Shown piece by piece: positions 25,853 to 48,302 of a stretch of DNA of 64,000 bases. Numbering within the stretch: the stretch's first letter is position 1; every line of letters begins with the position of its first letter. The notes beneath the pieces are model-generated. The model did not search any database. It saw only the letters and a list, made by a program, of their open reading frames with translations, and was not told where the DNA came from. Position numbers and translations under genes: made by a program. Source of the DNA: the human T2T-CHM13v2.0 reference genome, Homo sapiens; the NCBI RefSeq assembly GCF_009914755.1, contig NC_060928.1. The stretch is one strand, 5' to 3'.

Positions 25853-26213
25853 GGTGTTACTACCGTAGGTAATGCTATAACAAAATACCACAGGCTGGGT
25901 AGCTTAGTCAACAGGAATTTATTTCCTCATAGTTCTGGAAGCTGGAAGCTTGAGATCAAGGTGTTAGCATGATTGGTTTCTCCTGAGGCCTCTCTTCTTG
26001 GTTTAGTGATAGCCACTGTCTCTGTGCCTATAGAGATTTCTGGTGTCTCTTCCTCTTGTAAGGACACCAGTCCTATCAGATTAGGGCCCCACCCTTCTGA
26101 CTTCATTTAATCCTGTTGTCTCCTCATACACCCTATCTTTAAATACAGTCACATTAGGTGTTAGGGCTTTAACATACAAATTTTAGGGAGACACAAACAT
26201 TTAGTCCATAACA
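25853..26213 (-). mobile_element. MLT1A0-like MaLR solo LTR
   Basis: TGCTATAACAAAATACCACAGGCTGGGTAGCTTA...TAAGGACACCAGTCCTAT...TTAGTCCATAACA. Confidence 0.85.
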
Positions 26214-27759
26214 CAGGCCCCATGCAAATTGGAAGATACAATCAGAAAATCTCCAGAATGGGTATTAAAAGCATCTCAGCCTTAGCTGGCTAACACTCTT
26301 GACTTTGAAGAAGTGTAACAGTAAATGTCAATATCATTGCTATGGTTCTGCTCCAAATTTCACGCTGCCTTCTTATCTTCAAATTCAAAATGAGAGAAAA
26401 GGTCAAAAATATTTCAAGATATAGTATACTGAAAAGATACATTTTTAAAATATTCAATGGAATTCCTTCATTTTTTTCTTTCTCCGCTTTCCTAAACATA
26501 TTTAATTTCTTAGCTCCCAGAAAATCATTGTTTTTAGGTATTTCTTAGAGTTTTCTGACACTCTTCATGCTCAATTTGTGTTCTAATACATATAATTATT
26601 TTTCATACAAATGATTAAAAATTTGCTCAAAAGACTAAATTTAAAAAGCAAATATATAATTTTTATCCATTTGTTAACTTATTTTCAAAGTAATGTGTCA
26701 TTTGAATTCAACTAGTTTTGTTTTCTTTTATTTTGTTTTTTAATGTGCTTGCTTGATTGGTTAACCACTGCATCTGTGCAGACATGAAAGACAGAAGAAA
26801 TTGAAGAGGGCAGAATAAAAACCATTTTACATGTCCTAGAATTTTTCCAGAAACTCTAAGAGATTTGAGTAGGAGAGAGGCAGTGTGTATTTGTATTGCT
26901 TGGAAGCAGCTGCAGTAGCAAACTGAAACAAAGCAAGTCATTCTCTGTCTCTTCTCAGTATGTGAAAGCAAATAAATTTTTTTAAAAAAAAGATATAGCT
27001 TGTGGAAAAGAGTCTATTCTGTTCTCCTCATTATTTTAGCAAGAGGTATCATTTTCTCTGTGGTGACTGTGGGAGTGTGACCGTGAAGTTATCTACCACG
27101 TCTCATTACATTTTAGCTTAATAGGAATATGGATAATTTCAGCCTTGCTACCAGGTGATTGTAAATGTGCTGATTATCTGTGTCTCCTCTGAATTGGTAA
27201 GAGTACAGTCCGCTCCATCACTTGTTTTGTTTGTCAGGAGGAAGAAATTTTTTTGTGGACCCTGTTTAAGCTAAGTTCTAATAGAATTAGAATGCCAGAT
27301 CTTATTAAAAAAAAAAAACTGGTCGTATCAGAGATTAATATATCCTCCATACTAATAAATTTACAAAACTTTAATAACAGCCAACGTAAAGTACATTAGA
27401 ATTTTTCTCAACACCCAAATTATGAAAGTATACATGTGATTGATAGTAAACATGTTTTTATTTTTTATGTTTCCTGCCTAGTAATTTATCTACAAAACAA
27501 ACATTTATAATATTACTTCTTAGGCTTTTTGAATGCTAATGACATTTTAGAATTCACATCTCCTCTTACAATTCAAAACAGGGGCACATTTAGTGCTATA
27601 ATGTATTTAAAGTGCTCCTTTTAGAATTGTCCTATGTGGTAAAGATGATAATGTTCCCTGCTGATCATCATTTGTTTTAAGCTAAGAGAATAAATCCAAA
27701 TTTTTAACTAGATCTATGCTTTTCTAAACTTTCAAGTGAATTTCAGACTCAAAGATAAC

Positions 27760-27860
27760 AGTCCTGCAATCTGCCATGATCACTGCCACTGCTCCAGCCC
27801 ATAGCACAGTGCCTGGCATACAATATAAATATGTATTGAACAAATAAATAAATGAATGAA
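27760..27860 (+). mobile_element. L2 3' end
   Basis: TAGCACAGTGCCTGGCATACAATATAAATATGTATTGAAC...TGAATGAA. Confidence 0.7.
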
Positions 27861-29959
27861 TCACCCTCATAACCTTTCTCCTCTGCATTTGTTTCACATT
27901 GGCCAACACTAACATAAAACACCAGATAAATTTTAAGTGAAGTAAAACAATCTAGTGGTTCCCAAATGCTAGCAAATAAAATAGACTAAGGTAGGTCAAG
28001 ATAAACCTGAAAGAAGACAAATCCTAGAGAAATTCAGTGACACAGACAAAAACATGTATGCAAACTTTAAAAAGAATATATATGAATAAATCATTGTGCT
28101 TTTAAATAAAAATGCACTTCCACAAGCAAATAGTCACACAATGATGAAGTGGTATTTCTAAAGTTTTATGCAAAGCGTTTTTCTTGCTCTCTACCTGTTC
28201 ATTTACCCAAAGGCATTTTTCTCTTATTGAAAATTCACTTACAGCACAGAGTTCATTCAGGAAAAGAATCACAGCTCTTCTTATGTGATACAGAAACTGT
28301 GAACTATCTTGTGTCACTTTTGTTTTAATCTATGTGGACATATATAGTTGTCTAGGAAGAGAGATGGAGGCCAATGATAATAAAAATGATGCCACATGGA
28401 TGTATGCTTCAGCTTTCCCTACAAACAACAAGCCATTCCAATCCTGGCTCTGGATTCATTTATTTATTGTCAACACTCATTTTTGGTTTATTGTTTTGTT
28501 CATCAGTTCCTTCGTCACCCAGTCGCTTGTTTTGTGCCTCCAAGTCTCAGTCAATTCATACGAATGACTTGAATGCCCCCAAATCAAACGAGTTTTGAAC
28601 CTGATTACCTCCTCCACTCTTGGCTGCAGAGGTTGAAATATTATAGTCCTTCAAGGCATAAACCATGTACTTCAAATAGGAAGCAGTTATGTGCCTTAGT
28701 AGCTGACCAAGTGAAAAGTGTCTGTGAGCCCAAATTTATTCCAATATTTGTTTTTAGGTAGTATTTTGCAAGATTTCTAAAATGCAGAATTCTAAGTTTT
28801 CTAATAGCAAAGTAATTTAGGTTGGCTTACTTTATATCGATCTGTTCTTTTTTTATTTTTTTATTGTTTCTATTAAGGAGACCAGAAAGAAAATGCAGCA
28901 TTTCAAAATGCCTGTTCTTCCCCAGTGATGGGAAAGGAGGGCTGCGAGGGGGGGGAAGGACCCAGCATGCTGCAAGCACACAGGCATGGCGCAGGAGCGT
29001 CAAAACAGGGCAGCAGTGGCTACTCAGTACCTCTGCCCATTCACAGTGGGATGCAGCTTTTTGATTTAGACACATTAAGGCTGCTAGTCTTCTCTGAGGG
29101 TGTGGAAATGAAATATATGTTTCTGGGTTCCTGGTTCTGGTAAGAATCAGACAGCCCAGGCTTAATGAAGGGTCTACCTACAGCCAGACACTCTCAGAGA
29201 GCCAGACCTCTGGCCAGCAAAGGCAAACTCCAGGGTCCCAATGCCAGTGGCTACAGCAGTACTCTCATTAGCTGCAGAAAGATGGTGCCTTCATTGTCAC
29301 TGATACTGAGAATAGTGAGGAGGGTGACAGGCAGGCAGAGGCTACTGTTGGAATAAATATAAAGCAATGAGATCGTCTCAAAGAAACCACAGGAACAAAT
29401 GATGTTTTGTTTCGATAGCATGGGGAAGAAGCTACGGACAATTCTGACAGAATGTCATTTATTGCAAGTGTGACACATTTGTTTGAGTGTGAGGGAAAGA
29501 AAGTCAACTGTTAATTTTCTGCTAATGAAGAGATGGATCTAGAAATGCTTCTAGGAGTCTCCAGAAACCTGTTTCTCCTACTCCTAAAACTAAGGAAGCT
29601 GACATTGATTTTCATTATTGAGACTGTGTGCCAGGACAATAACACAATGTGTATGCCACCTCTCACCTCCATTAATTCTCACATTTGTATGCAAAAGATG
29701 CAAAGATGCAAAATGTTTTATAAATCATGAGACCCAGAAAAAACAATCTCGTTATGGGGGAACTAAAATCAAAATATACAAGAGTTGTTTCAACTACTTT
29801 CTTGACAGTATCTAGTTCTTCAGATGGTCAAGAAAGAAAGCTCTCAGAGGCCAGAAAACAATCCATGATACCACAGTGCTCAGATGCATGATTTCAGTTT
29901 ACTCATAGCATATAAACGACAAATGCTTCTTTATAATTCAGTCAGAGTTCAACTAAAGA

Positions 29960-30352
29960 AGCAGACTCAAGAAGTAGTATATATTAAAGGACCTACTACA
30001 AGTAATTTGCTTTACACGATTGATTTTTGTGTCCAAAATCAGTCAGGTGTGTGCTCAGGAAGGAAAGATCAAAAGCAGGCCGGAACCCTGTAAGACCCAG
30101 CTGAGGCTTTAAGGCCAAAGGTGATCAGAAAAGAAGGAAACAGCAGGCTGAAGCCCAAGGACCATGAGATCAGGAAAGGCCTGAAGCTGCCTGAGAAGGC
30201 TCACTTGCTTGGATGATCTCCCTTTAGATTAATTTAGGGACTTCACTGAAATCTGCAAAATCTCTTCACAGCAGCAACTAGACTCCTGTTTTACTGGGTA
30301 GTTTGTAACTGTAGCTCAGCCTAGCTAAATTGCCCATTACAAAGTTATCATG
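29960..30352 (-). mobile_element. Old MLT2-type ERVL LTR fragment
   Basis: GGATGATCTCCCTTTAGATT...ATCTGCAAAATCTCTTCACAGCAGCAACTAGA...AGCCTAGCTAAATTG; left boundary uncertain. Confidence 0.5.
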
Positions 30353-30687
30353 GCAGCGATTGTCCTTCCTGCTTTGAAAATACATTAACACATTCTTGAG
30401 AGTACACCTGATTGTACATTCTAAAACAATTTTTTAAAAACTTCTACAATAAAAGGCAGTTAAAACACTTCCCACCATTTCCTGTCTGGGGGTTACATGG
30501 GGGCTGGTGCGCTGAGCAGTTGGAACAGACTCCAGGAACGCTCCTACATTCAGATGGAGGGTGAGAACAGATAAGCTTTGACACTTTCAAGTAGACGTTC
30601 TGTGCTAGCCTGCTCTCTAATGACTTAGCACGTCATCAGAAATGGCTATAGGAAAAAGTGCCAAGTTTTAGTCTAAAGATTCTTGTC

Positions 30688-31005
<318 letters not shown>

Positions 31006-34000
31006 TCAGAACACAAGTGAACACAGTTCTCTGGCTGACACGCCTTCCCTTCAGCGCAGGATGAGTGGTCACTGAAGGGAAGCTGCAGGGAGACTGGGGC
31101 CACGATGGAATTCCATCACTCACAGACCATGCTCATCATGTGATAACATAAGCAGGACTTTTATACAAGAGTTGGGCACCCCTCTCACCACTGATTTTTT
31201 TTTGTCTCTTTTTTTGTGTGTGTTACAAGAGGAGAGAATTTTTCTTCTTTTATTTTCTTTTCCTTTCTTTTAACAGTTTTACAAACTGAAGTCAAGAGTA
31301 CTTTCAATCAGGTCTCCCACAGGGAAAGAAAAAAAGCCAATGGAATTACCAGAGCCCTTTCTTCTCTTTTCTCTTCCAGGTAGGAGGGAGGGATCCCAAG
31401 GCTATGGGCTGGGAAAATGAGTAAGTAAAAAATAAACTAAATGCAAGGAAGTGGGAGGGTACTGCAAGGGCGAAGAAAGAAATTAACCATACCTTTTTCT
31501 TTTACTTTTTCTTTTTTAACCTTATGGTTTAAATATAAATTGAAGGTCTTGAATAAATTTGGAAAGGAAAAGAAACACCATTCTCTCAAAGTACATTAAA
31601 GGTATAATTATTAAAAAAGGAAATGGAACTAAAACATGTCAGATTTTTAACCTTTTCTTTACATTTTATCTAGACATCTTTTTACTAGAAATATTGTAGA
31701 AAGTTAATACTTGCCCCAGCAAATGCCAAGCAGTGGCACCTGTCCATTTTCCATAGAATCCTACTTTGTGAAGCACCAAAATGCCCGGCTCTGAGTTTCT
31801 GCATACACTGCCCAGAAACCACTGTTCAGATTTTAAGCCATAGTTTGCTTTCTTCCATTTTTTAACACTTTGGGGTTCTTACACAACATTTTATGAGCCA
31901 TGGAGTATGCTTCAGGTAGATCATCCAGAAAAGTACGTGGGGACACTGTTGTGGGGGTGTTAGACAATTTATGAGACATTTATTGCTTGGTCAGCATGAA
32001 TTTCTGGCATTCAGTTTTGAGCATTAGTTGCTGATAGATTAGTCTTGCCCTTTTAATCAGGGTTAGCCTAATCAATTGTCATTTTAAATGTGACTTTGAA
32101 TAGTTCAAATGGGTACACTACCAAAAAGTATAATTTGATTCCAATGGTCTCTGTATCGTGTGGAGTGATGTCAGGAACAAGCTCAACAAGAAGTCAAAAA
32201 ATAAATGTCATCATCTGAAAATGGAAGTTTTTCATCCCACATTTACAGGTTTCTTCAAGTTCCTTCATTAGTCTCTTGCAGATCCCTATCTTAGAGCTAG
32301 GTCCCTATCCTATTTACTATGCCTTTGCTATTCATGTTTAGTCTGCATTTTAAACAAGCATAATACAACTATAGTTTATTTGTTTTGGCGAGTCCCAGGG
32401 TATCATGCTTAAACATCACTTGTAAGACATGAGAATAGTAATAGAACTGTGTTTTCAATCTATGGTTTGTACATATTCGACCACACAGAATTCAATGTTA
32501 CCTTACAGACTTCCTTGGTTAAATGAATAATAGAATGCAAAAATAATACAGAAAAAATATTATATTTATACTTTAGATTTCAAAAAATTCAGGTTCTTAA
32601 TTTTGGAGTACAACTAGGACTAGGATGCATTGATTTGGCTTACTGTGAACAAAGAATTGTGTATCCTCAATCAATACTGTTGATGTTGTTAAACACCCAT
32701 GTTTGTTTATTGGCTCTTCACTGTAACCTTTGGTGACAATGATAAGATCTTGATCACAGAAATGTAGACATCTTTAAGCAGCTACATTCTATGTACTTAA
32801 AACTAGTGGATTTTTCCCATCTGGGAAGATGTAGTCAAAATATTTGTCTCAATTTTTCTTGCTAAGTACAATTAAAAACCCTGAACACTGTACATAGTAC
32901 AACCACAAGAAGATTCTGAACGGTGGGGAAAAAAAAAGACTGACTGACAAGGGACAGTCAGCCTAGCAAGCCAGAAAACTTTTAAACAATGATTGCTCTA
33001 CTACAGCCAAATAACACAGAAAACATTATGGCCAGCTGAACCTCAGTGGGTAGTCTAGGCTTTCATCATAGCCGGGTTGTAACAAAGAGTCCCAACTCCC
33101 CTTTCCCATCCCTGCTACCATCAAGGTGTTATCAGATAAGGCCAAGTGAAAAGCTGATATTTTCATCCCTGCTGGGAGGGTAATGAGACGCCCTTTCAAC
33201 CTCAGTGTTAGTGGAGACCATGTGAAGAGCCCAGATTTCAACCCAGCAGTACAAAGATGCCCCTCCCTTTTCCTTCTACGGTGGTACCACGGGAGGCATA
33301 GTGAAGAGTCAGGACCTCCACTACTATCTAGTGGATAGTTCCCATGGTGGACAGAGGGTGTAGCAAAAAGACACTACGCATCACAGCCAGGGAGGTAACA
33401 GTGGAGGCCTAGCGGAAAGCCAGAACTCCTGTGTTCAAGCAGTTGTCAGTGAGTGTTTGAACCCACCTCAACTGTCAATTGTGGCCAAATGGGGGGCCTA
33501 CACTTCTGCCCACATCTGGTAATAAAAAGGCAGCACACCAGTCTTCCCCAACCAGAATGGCATCAGAGAATACATGCTCAAAAAGATTTAAGTAAAATCC
33601 AGAGACTCAAAACATAATCTACAAAATGTCCACATTTAAATTGCAAGTTACTTGTCATACCAAGAACCAAGAAGAACTCAAACTGAATGAAAAAACATAA
33701 TTGAAAGATGCCAACCCTGAGATGTCAGAGTGTAAAAGTATCTGACAAAAATTTTAAAGCGGTCATTACTAAAATAATTTAACAATTACTATTGTGCTTG
33801 AAACCATAAAGAAAAAAATAGAAAAATCAAAAAAGAACCAAATGAAATTTATAAAACTGGAAAATATATAGCTGAAAGGAAAAATAGAAAATGAAAAAGC
33901 TTTCGTTATTGGCTCAACAACAGAAAAGATGAGACAGAAGAAAACATCATTGAACCTGATAAATGAAACAATATAAATTTCCTAACCTAAACAACAGAGA

Positions 34001-34133
34001 ATAAATGGAAATTAAGAGAGAGAGAGACAGAGAGTGCAACCATGGCCTCGGGGATCTATGGGACTATACAAATGATACAACATTGATGTTATGAGTCCTG
34101 AAGGAAAGGAGAAAGACAGTGGGGTTAAAAATG

Positions 34134-34417
34134 CTTACACCTGTAATCCCAGCACTTTGGGAGGCCGAGACAGTCAGATCACCTGAGGTAGGGAGTTTGG
34201 GACCAGCCTGGCCAAAATGCTGAAGCCCTGTCTCTACTAAACATACAAAAATTATCTGGCTGTGGTGGTGCATGCCTGTAATCCCAGATAACTGGGAGGC
34301 TGAGACACAAGAATTACTTGAACCTGGGAGGTGAAGTTTGCAGTAAGCCAAGATCATGCCACTGCACTCCGGCCTGGGCAATAGAGTGAGACTCTCTATC
34401 AAAAAAAAAAAAAAAAA
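34134..34417 (+). mobile_element. AluS (Sx-like), slightly 5'-truncated
   Basis: GCTTACACCTGTAATCCCAGC...GAGACTCTCTATC plus poly(A). Confidence 0.92.
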
Positions 34418-35226
34418 GTAATCTAAATTAATGGTAGGAAATTTCCCAAAGTCTGCAAAAGACATGAACCTACTGATTCAAAAAAGCTCAGTGAATCCTT
34501 AAATGAATAAACCCAAAGAAATCTACACTTGGACACATTGTAGTAAACCTTCTAAAAACTAAAGGCAAAGAAAACAATGAGAGAGAAACAATACCTTACT
34601 AGCAAGTGAAAAACATGTCAAATGACAGTAGATTTCTCATCGGAAACAATGTGTGCCAGAAGGAAATGCCAGAATGTTTTTCAAATGTTTAAATAAAAGA
34701 ACTGTCAACTCAGAATTCTACCTCCAGGAAAATATTATTCAAGAATTAAGACGAAAATCAAAACCTTTTCCTATTTTGATGAGGAAAAATGAAAAGAATT
34801 TTGAAAAGAATTTTTTTGCCAGCAGAACTGCCTTAAAAGAATGGCTAAGAAGTTATTTGAACAGAAAGAGAATAATTAAAGAAGAAAACTTAGAACACCA
34901 GAAAGGATGAAAGAACATCATAAGCAAAAATATGGGTATATAAAATATACTGAATTTCAATACATATTTTTCTTTTCTTGAGTTTTCTAAATTATGTTTG
35001 ATGGTTAAAGCAAAAGTTATCACATTGTCTAATACAGTTCTAAATGTAAATAGAGAAAATATTAGGCAATTATTTATAAGTACAAGAAGATAGAGTGACA
35101 TAAAAAGGAGGTAAGATTTCTGTGCATCAATTTAAAGGGTAAAATGGTAACACCAGTAGACTATGATATGCTACGTATATAATCTGATATATAGAACAAC
35201 CCTAAAAAGGGTTACACAAAGAGATA

Positions 35227-36321
<1,095 letters not shown>

Positions 36322-36596
36322 TTAATTAACTCACAGTAGAGCAGGAAAAAGTAACCAGACAGATAAAAACCAAGAGACAACAAAGAAAATGAAAAGCAAA
36401 ATTGCCCTGTAAACAATTACATTAAATGCAAATGTCTTAAAATACAGCTATTGGCATAACAAATTATTAAACATAACCAAGTATATGCTGTCTACAGTAA
36501 ACTCACTTCAATATAAAGCAGTTTGAAAGTAAAGGGATGGAAAAAGATACATTATGCAGATATTAATTGAAAGGAGGAATGGCTATGTTAACATTA

Positions 36597-37208
<612 letters not shown>

Positions 37209-37538
37209 TTATAGAGCACTTCACTGAACAACAGCAGAAGACGCATTATTTTCAAGTGCCCCCAGAGCATATGCCAAATTACACCATATACTGGGACATA
37301 AAACAAACCTCTACCAATGTAAAGAATTAAAATCACAGACGTTGTGTCTTCTGATTACAATGAAATGAAACTAAAAGCAATAATAAAAAGATAATAGAAG
37401 AATTTCCAAAAGCTTGGAAACTAAACAACACACTTCTAAATAATACATGGCTCAAATAAAAAGTCTTAAAGGAAATTTTAAAAATAAACTGAGCTGAACT
37501 AATTTGAAATTATAACACATCAAAATTTGTTGAACACA

Positions 37539-37906
<368 letters not shown>

Positions 37907-38956
37907 TCAGGAAAAGCCTCAAATCAATAATCTAAGCTCCCATTTCAAGAACTGAGAATAGTGACATAAGCTAAAAGTAAGCAAAAGGAATGAAATAATA
38001 AAAATAAGATCAGAAATCAATAAAACTGAAAAACAGTAAAGACAATCTAAAAACAGCTGGTTCTTTGAAAATATGAATAAAGTAGGCAAATCTCCAGCAA
38101 GACTAAGAAAACGAAAACGCAAAGCACTACTATCAGGAATGAAACAAAAAACATCACCATAGACTCTACTGACATGAAAAAGATAATAATGGAATACCAA
38201 GAACAATTTCACACATATAAATTTGACAACTTAGATGAAACAGAGTTATTCATCAATAAAACAAAATAGAGGAAATCTAACACAACTCATTCAGTAAGAA
38301 ATGGATAATTTAAATCATTCTATAGCTTCTGTAACTATTAAGGAAACTGAAGTCATAAATTAAAAACTCTTAAAGAAAAAAATAATTACTATTTTCAGAT
38401 AGTTTCATTGTAGAATTCTAGCAAATGTTAAAAAAAATCAATTCTACACAATTTGTTCCAGAAAAATAGATGAGGATACAGAAAACCATTCCCAATTTAT
38501 TATTCGATGCTACTATTACCCTGATACAAAAAAACAGACAAAGACCATGCAAAACAGAAAACTGCAGATGCACATCCTTGTGAATATAGATGCAAAATCC
38601 TTAACAAAATATATGTAAATATAATTCAGCAATACGTAAAAAGAATTATACACATGACAAAGTTAGGTTAATTTCAAGTATAAAAGTCTAGTTCAGAATT
38701 TGATAATCCATCAATGGAACCCACCATATTAACAGACAAAAAAGGAAAATCATATGATCATATCAATTTATGCACAAAAATATTTAACAAAGTTCAAAAC
38801 TCATTTAGCATTTAAACAGAAAAACTCTCAGAAAAATAGGGCCAGAAGGGTACTTTCTCAACCAGTTAAAGAGCAGCTCTAAGAACTCTATAGTTAATAT
38901 TAGGCTTAATATTAAAGACTCAACACTTTTCTCCTAAGATCAAGAAAAGGGCAAGA

Positions 38957-39312
38957 GGCCAGGCACAGTGGCTCACGTCTGTAATCCCCAGCAGTTTGGG
39001 AGGCCGAGGATGGTGGATCACCTGAGGAGTTCAAGACCAACCTGGCTAAAATGGTGAAACCCTGTCTGTACTAAAAATACAAAACTTGGCAGGGCGTGGT
39101 GGCACATGCTTGTAGTCCCAGCTACTCAGGAGGCTGAGACAGGAGAATTATTTGAACCCAGGAGGCGGAGGTTGCAGTGATCACACCACTGCACACTCCA
39201 GACTGGGCAACAGAGCAAGACTCTTGTCTAAAAAAAAAAAAATAAAAGGAACAAAAAGAAAAAAAAAGAGAAGAGAAGAGAAAAGAAAAGAAAAAAGAAA
39301 AGAAAAGAGAAA
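38957..39312 (+). mobile_element. AluS with two small internal deletions and a long (AAAAG)n tail
   Basis: Dimer; AAGGGCAAGA on both flanks. Confidence 0.92.
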
Positions 39313-40361
39313 AGAAGGGCAAGAATGTCTGCTCTGGAAATATGAGCCAGTTTGATAAGACTAGAAGGGAAATGGAAGGCACACATATCTGAAAGAAAGA
39401 AATAAACTCTCTATTTGCATATGACATGATGATTTACATAGGAAATCCCAAGGAATTAACAACAACAAAACTTTGGTAAGTAATAAATGAGTTCAGTAAG
39501 GTTGCAGGATACAAGATGAACATACAAAAATAAACCATCATGTTATACTAGCAATGAACCCATGTACAATGAAATTAGTAAAATATCATTTCCCATGATT
39601 CTAAAAATAATGTAATACTTAGGCATAAATCTAATAAAACATGCACAGGACTTGTACGTTAAAAATTACAAAATGCTGAAGAAAAAATCAAAGATGATTT
39701 AAGTAAATTGACAGATATACTATGTTTGCGGACTGGAAAATTTAACATAGAAAATATATTTATTCTCCTCAAATTTATATAGAAGTTTAACACATTACCA
39801 AAAAGATCCTAGTAAGACTTTTTTGCAGATATAGAAAACATTATTCTAAGATCTATAAGGAAAGAAAAGGGAACTAGAATAGCTAAAACAATTTGGTGAG
39901 GGAAAAAAGAATAAAATAAAAAGAACCCATCTTCTCAATATCAGGGATATACACATAGGTTAACAGACTAGAGAAGTCAGAAATAGATGCACACAATATG
40001 TCAAAGTGATTTTTGACAAAAGTGCAAAAGGAATCCAATTAAGAAAAATTAGCTTTTAAAAAAAATGGTACTAGAGCAAGTATACCTCCATAGGCAATAA
40101 ACAAACAGAAAAGAAGAAAAGGAAGAAACTTAAACTAAGGATCACAACCTATAAAAAACTAATTCACAATGGATCATGCCCTTAAGTATAAAACCATAAG
40201 CTTTCTGGGGGAAAAGAAGAAGAAAATCTTCAGAATGTAGGGCCAGAGAGTTCCAGACTAAATATCAAAAGCCAAATCTATAAAAGAACAATATGATAAA
40301 TTAGACTTAAATCTAAAATATTTTACTCTGCAAAAGACTTTGGAAAGAGGATGAAAAGACA

Positions 40362-40513
40362 AGATATAGATGATAGATAGATAGGTAGATATAGAGATAT
40401 AGGAGATATATATTTATATATAGAAAAATATATATAGACATATGTAGAAAAATATATACAGAAAAAGTATATATTATATATATATATATATGTGTATATA
40501 TACACACATACAC
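40362..40513. repeat. (TAGA)n/(TA)n low-complexity tract abutting the AluJ tail
   Basis: GATATAGATGATAGATAG...TATATATATATATGTGTATATATACACACATACAC. Confidence 0.85.
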
Positions 40514-40515
40514 AG

Positions 40516-40805
40516 TTGAGACAACGTCTCTTTCTGTTTCTGTCAGCCAGGCCAGACTGCAGTGATGCAATCATGGCTCACTGTAATCTCAACCTCCAAG
40601 GCTTAAGCAACCTTCCCATCCAGCATCCCAAGTAGTGAGACTACAGGCACCCACCACCATACCTGGCTCATTTTTAAAAAAATTTTTTGTAGAGACAGGG
40701 TCTCACTATGTTGCCCAGGCTAGTCTCAAATTACTGGCTTCAAGCAATCTTCCCACCTTAGCCTTCTAAAGTGCTTGAATTATAGGCATGAGCCACTATG
40801 CCTAG
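40516..40805 (-). mobile_element. AluJ
   Basis: Reverse Alu with CTCACTATGTTGCCCAGGCT and CAAGCAATCTTCCCACCT; highly diverged. Confidence 0.9.
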
Positions 40806-41029
40806 TAAAACATGATTGTTAAAAATTTACAAACTATATATCTGAAAAAGGACTAGTATCTAGAAAATAAAAAGCTCTCTCAAAACTTAACAGTAAAAAA
40901 TGGAAGCAATTCAATAGAAAAGTGGGAAAAAGATATGAAAGATATTTCACTGAAGAGGATAAGCAGATGACAATGAAGCACTTGTTAAAAAGTTCAACAT
41001 CATCAGCTGTTAAAAGAAACTGCTAACTG

Positions 41030-47259
<6,230 letters not shown>

Positions 47260-47962
47260 AAAAGAAACTGCTAAGACAAAAATGTGATATCACTACACAC
47301 ATAGATAATTGTTTAAAATAAAAAATAGTGACAGCACAAGAATCTGGTGAGGATGCAGAGATGTTGGATCACTCACGCATTGCTGGGGGGGATATAAAAT
47401 GGTACAGCTATTCTGGAAAAGTTTGTCAGTTTCTTTAAAAACTATACATGCAGCTACTATACCATCAAGCAATTGCACTCCCAGGCATCTATCCCACAAA
47501 ATTAAAACTTATGTTCCAAAAAAAAATCTATACATGACTGTTTATAGCAGAGTTATTCATAATAGCCAAAACAGGAAACAACTTAGATATCCTTCACCAG
47601 CTGAGTGATCACACTGTGGTAAAACCATACCGTGAAATGCCACTCAGCAATAGAAAAGGAATGAACTATTTATTGATGCACACAGCAACTTGGATGAATC
47701 ACCTGAGAATTACGCTAAGTTAAAAAAATTAATTACATTGTAATTAATGTATTACATTGTAAACAATGAAAAAGTTATTGTTTTCTTCTATCTATATAAC
47801 ATTCTTAAAATGAAAATATTATAGAAATATAGACCATATTAGTGGTTGCTAAGGTTTAAAGAGGGTGTGTGGTAGGAGAGAAGTAGATGTGGCTATAAAA
47901 GGACAACTTGATAACCTCGTGACGATGGAAACGTGTGGTATCCTGTCTATGTATGTATTATA

Positions 47963-48302
47963 CAGATAGCTGTGAGTTATAATGGTTCAATTTACGACTT
48001 TTTAAACTTTCCAATGCAAAAGTGTTACTCATTCTGTAGAAGCCATACTTTAAATTTTGATTCAAAATTCTTTAATAATAACTTTATAAAACAGGCTATA
48101 AAATAGCCTATAAAATACACTTTGTGTTAGATGATTTTGCCCAATTATAGGCTAATATTAAGTGTTCCAGGCACATTTAAAGTAGGTTAGGCTAAGCTAT
48201 GTTTCATAGGTTAAAGTATTAAGTGCATTTGGACTTACTATATTTTCAATTGATGATAGGCTTATAGGGACATAACCCCACCACAGGTCGAGAAGCAGTA
48301 TG
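47963..48302 (-). mobile_element. MER47-like TcMar-Tigger MITE inside the L1MC 3'UTR
   Basis: TTTGTGTTAGATGATTTTGCCCAA...TAGGTTAGGCTAAGCTATG...GGGACATAACCCCA; TA|CAGAT left end. Confidence 0.75.

Noticed and set aside
33130-33540. Degenerate repeated modules that might be an array
   Set aside because: They lie inside the old L1MC 5'UTR and are too divergent and irregular for a repeat-spacer (CRISPR-like) array; the DNA is primate.
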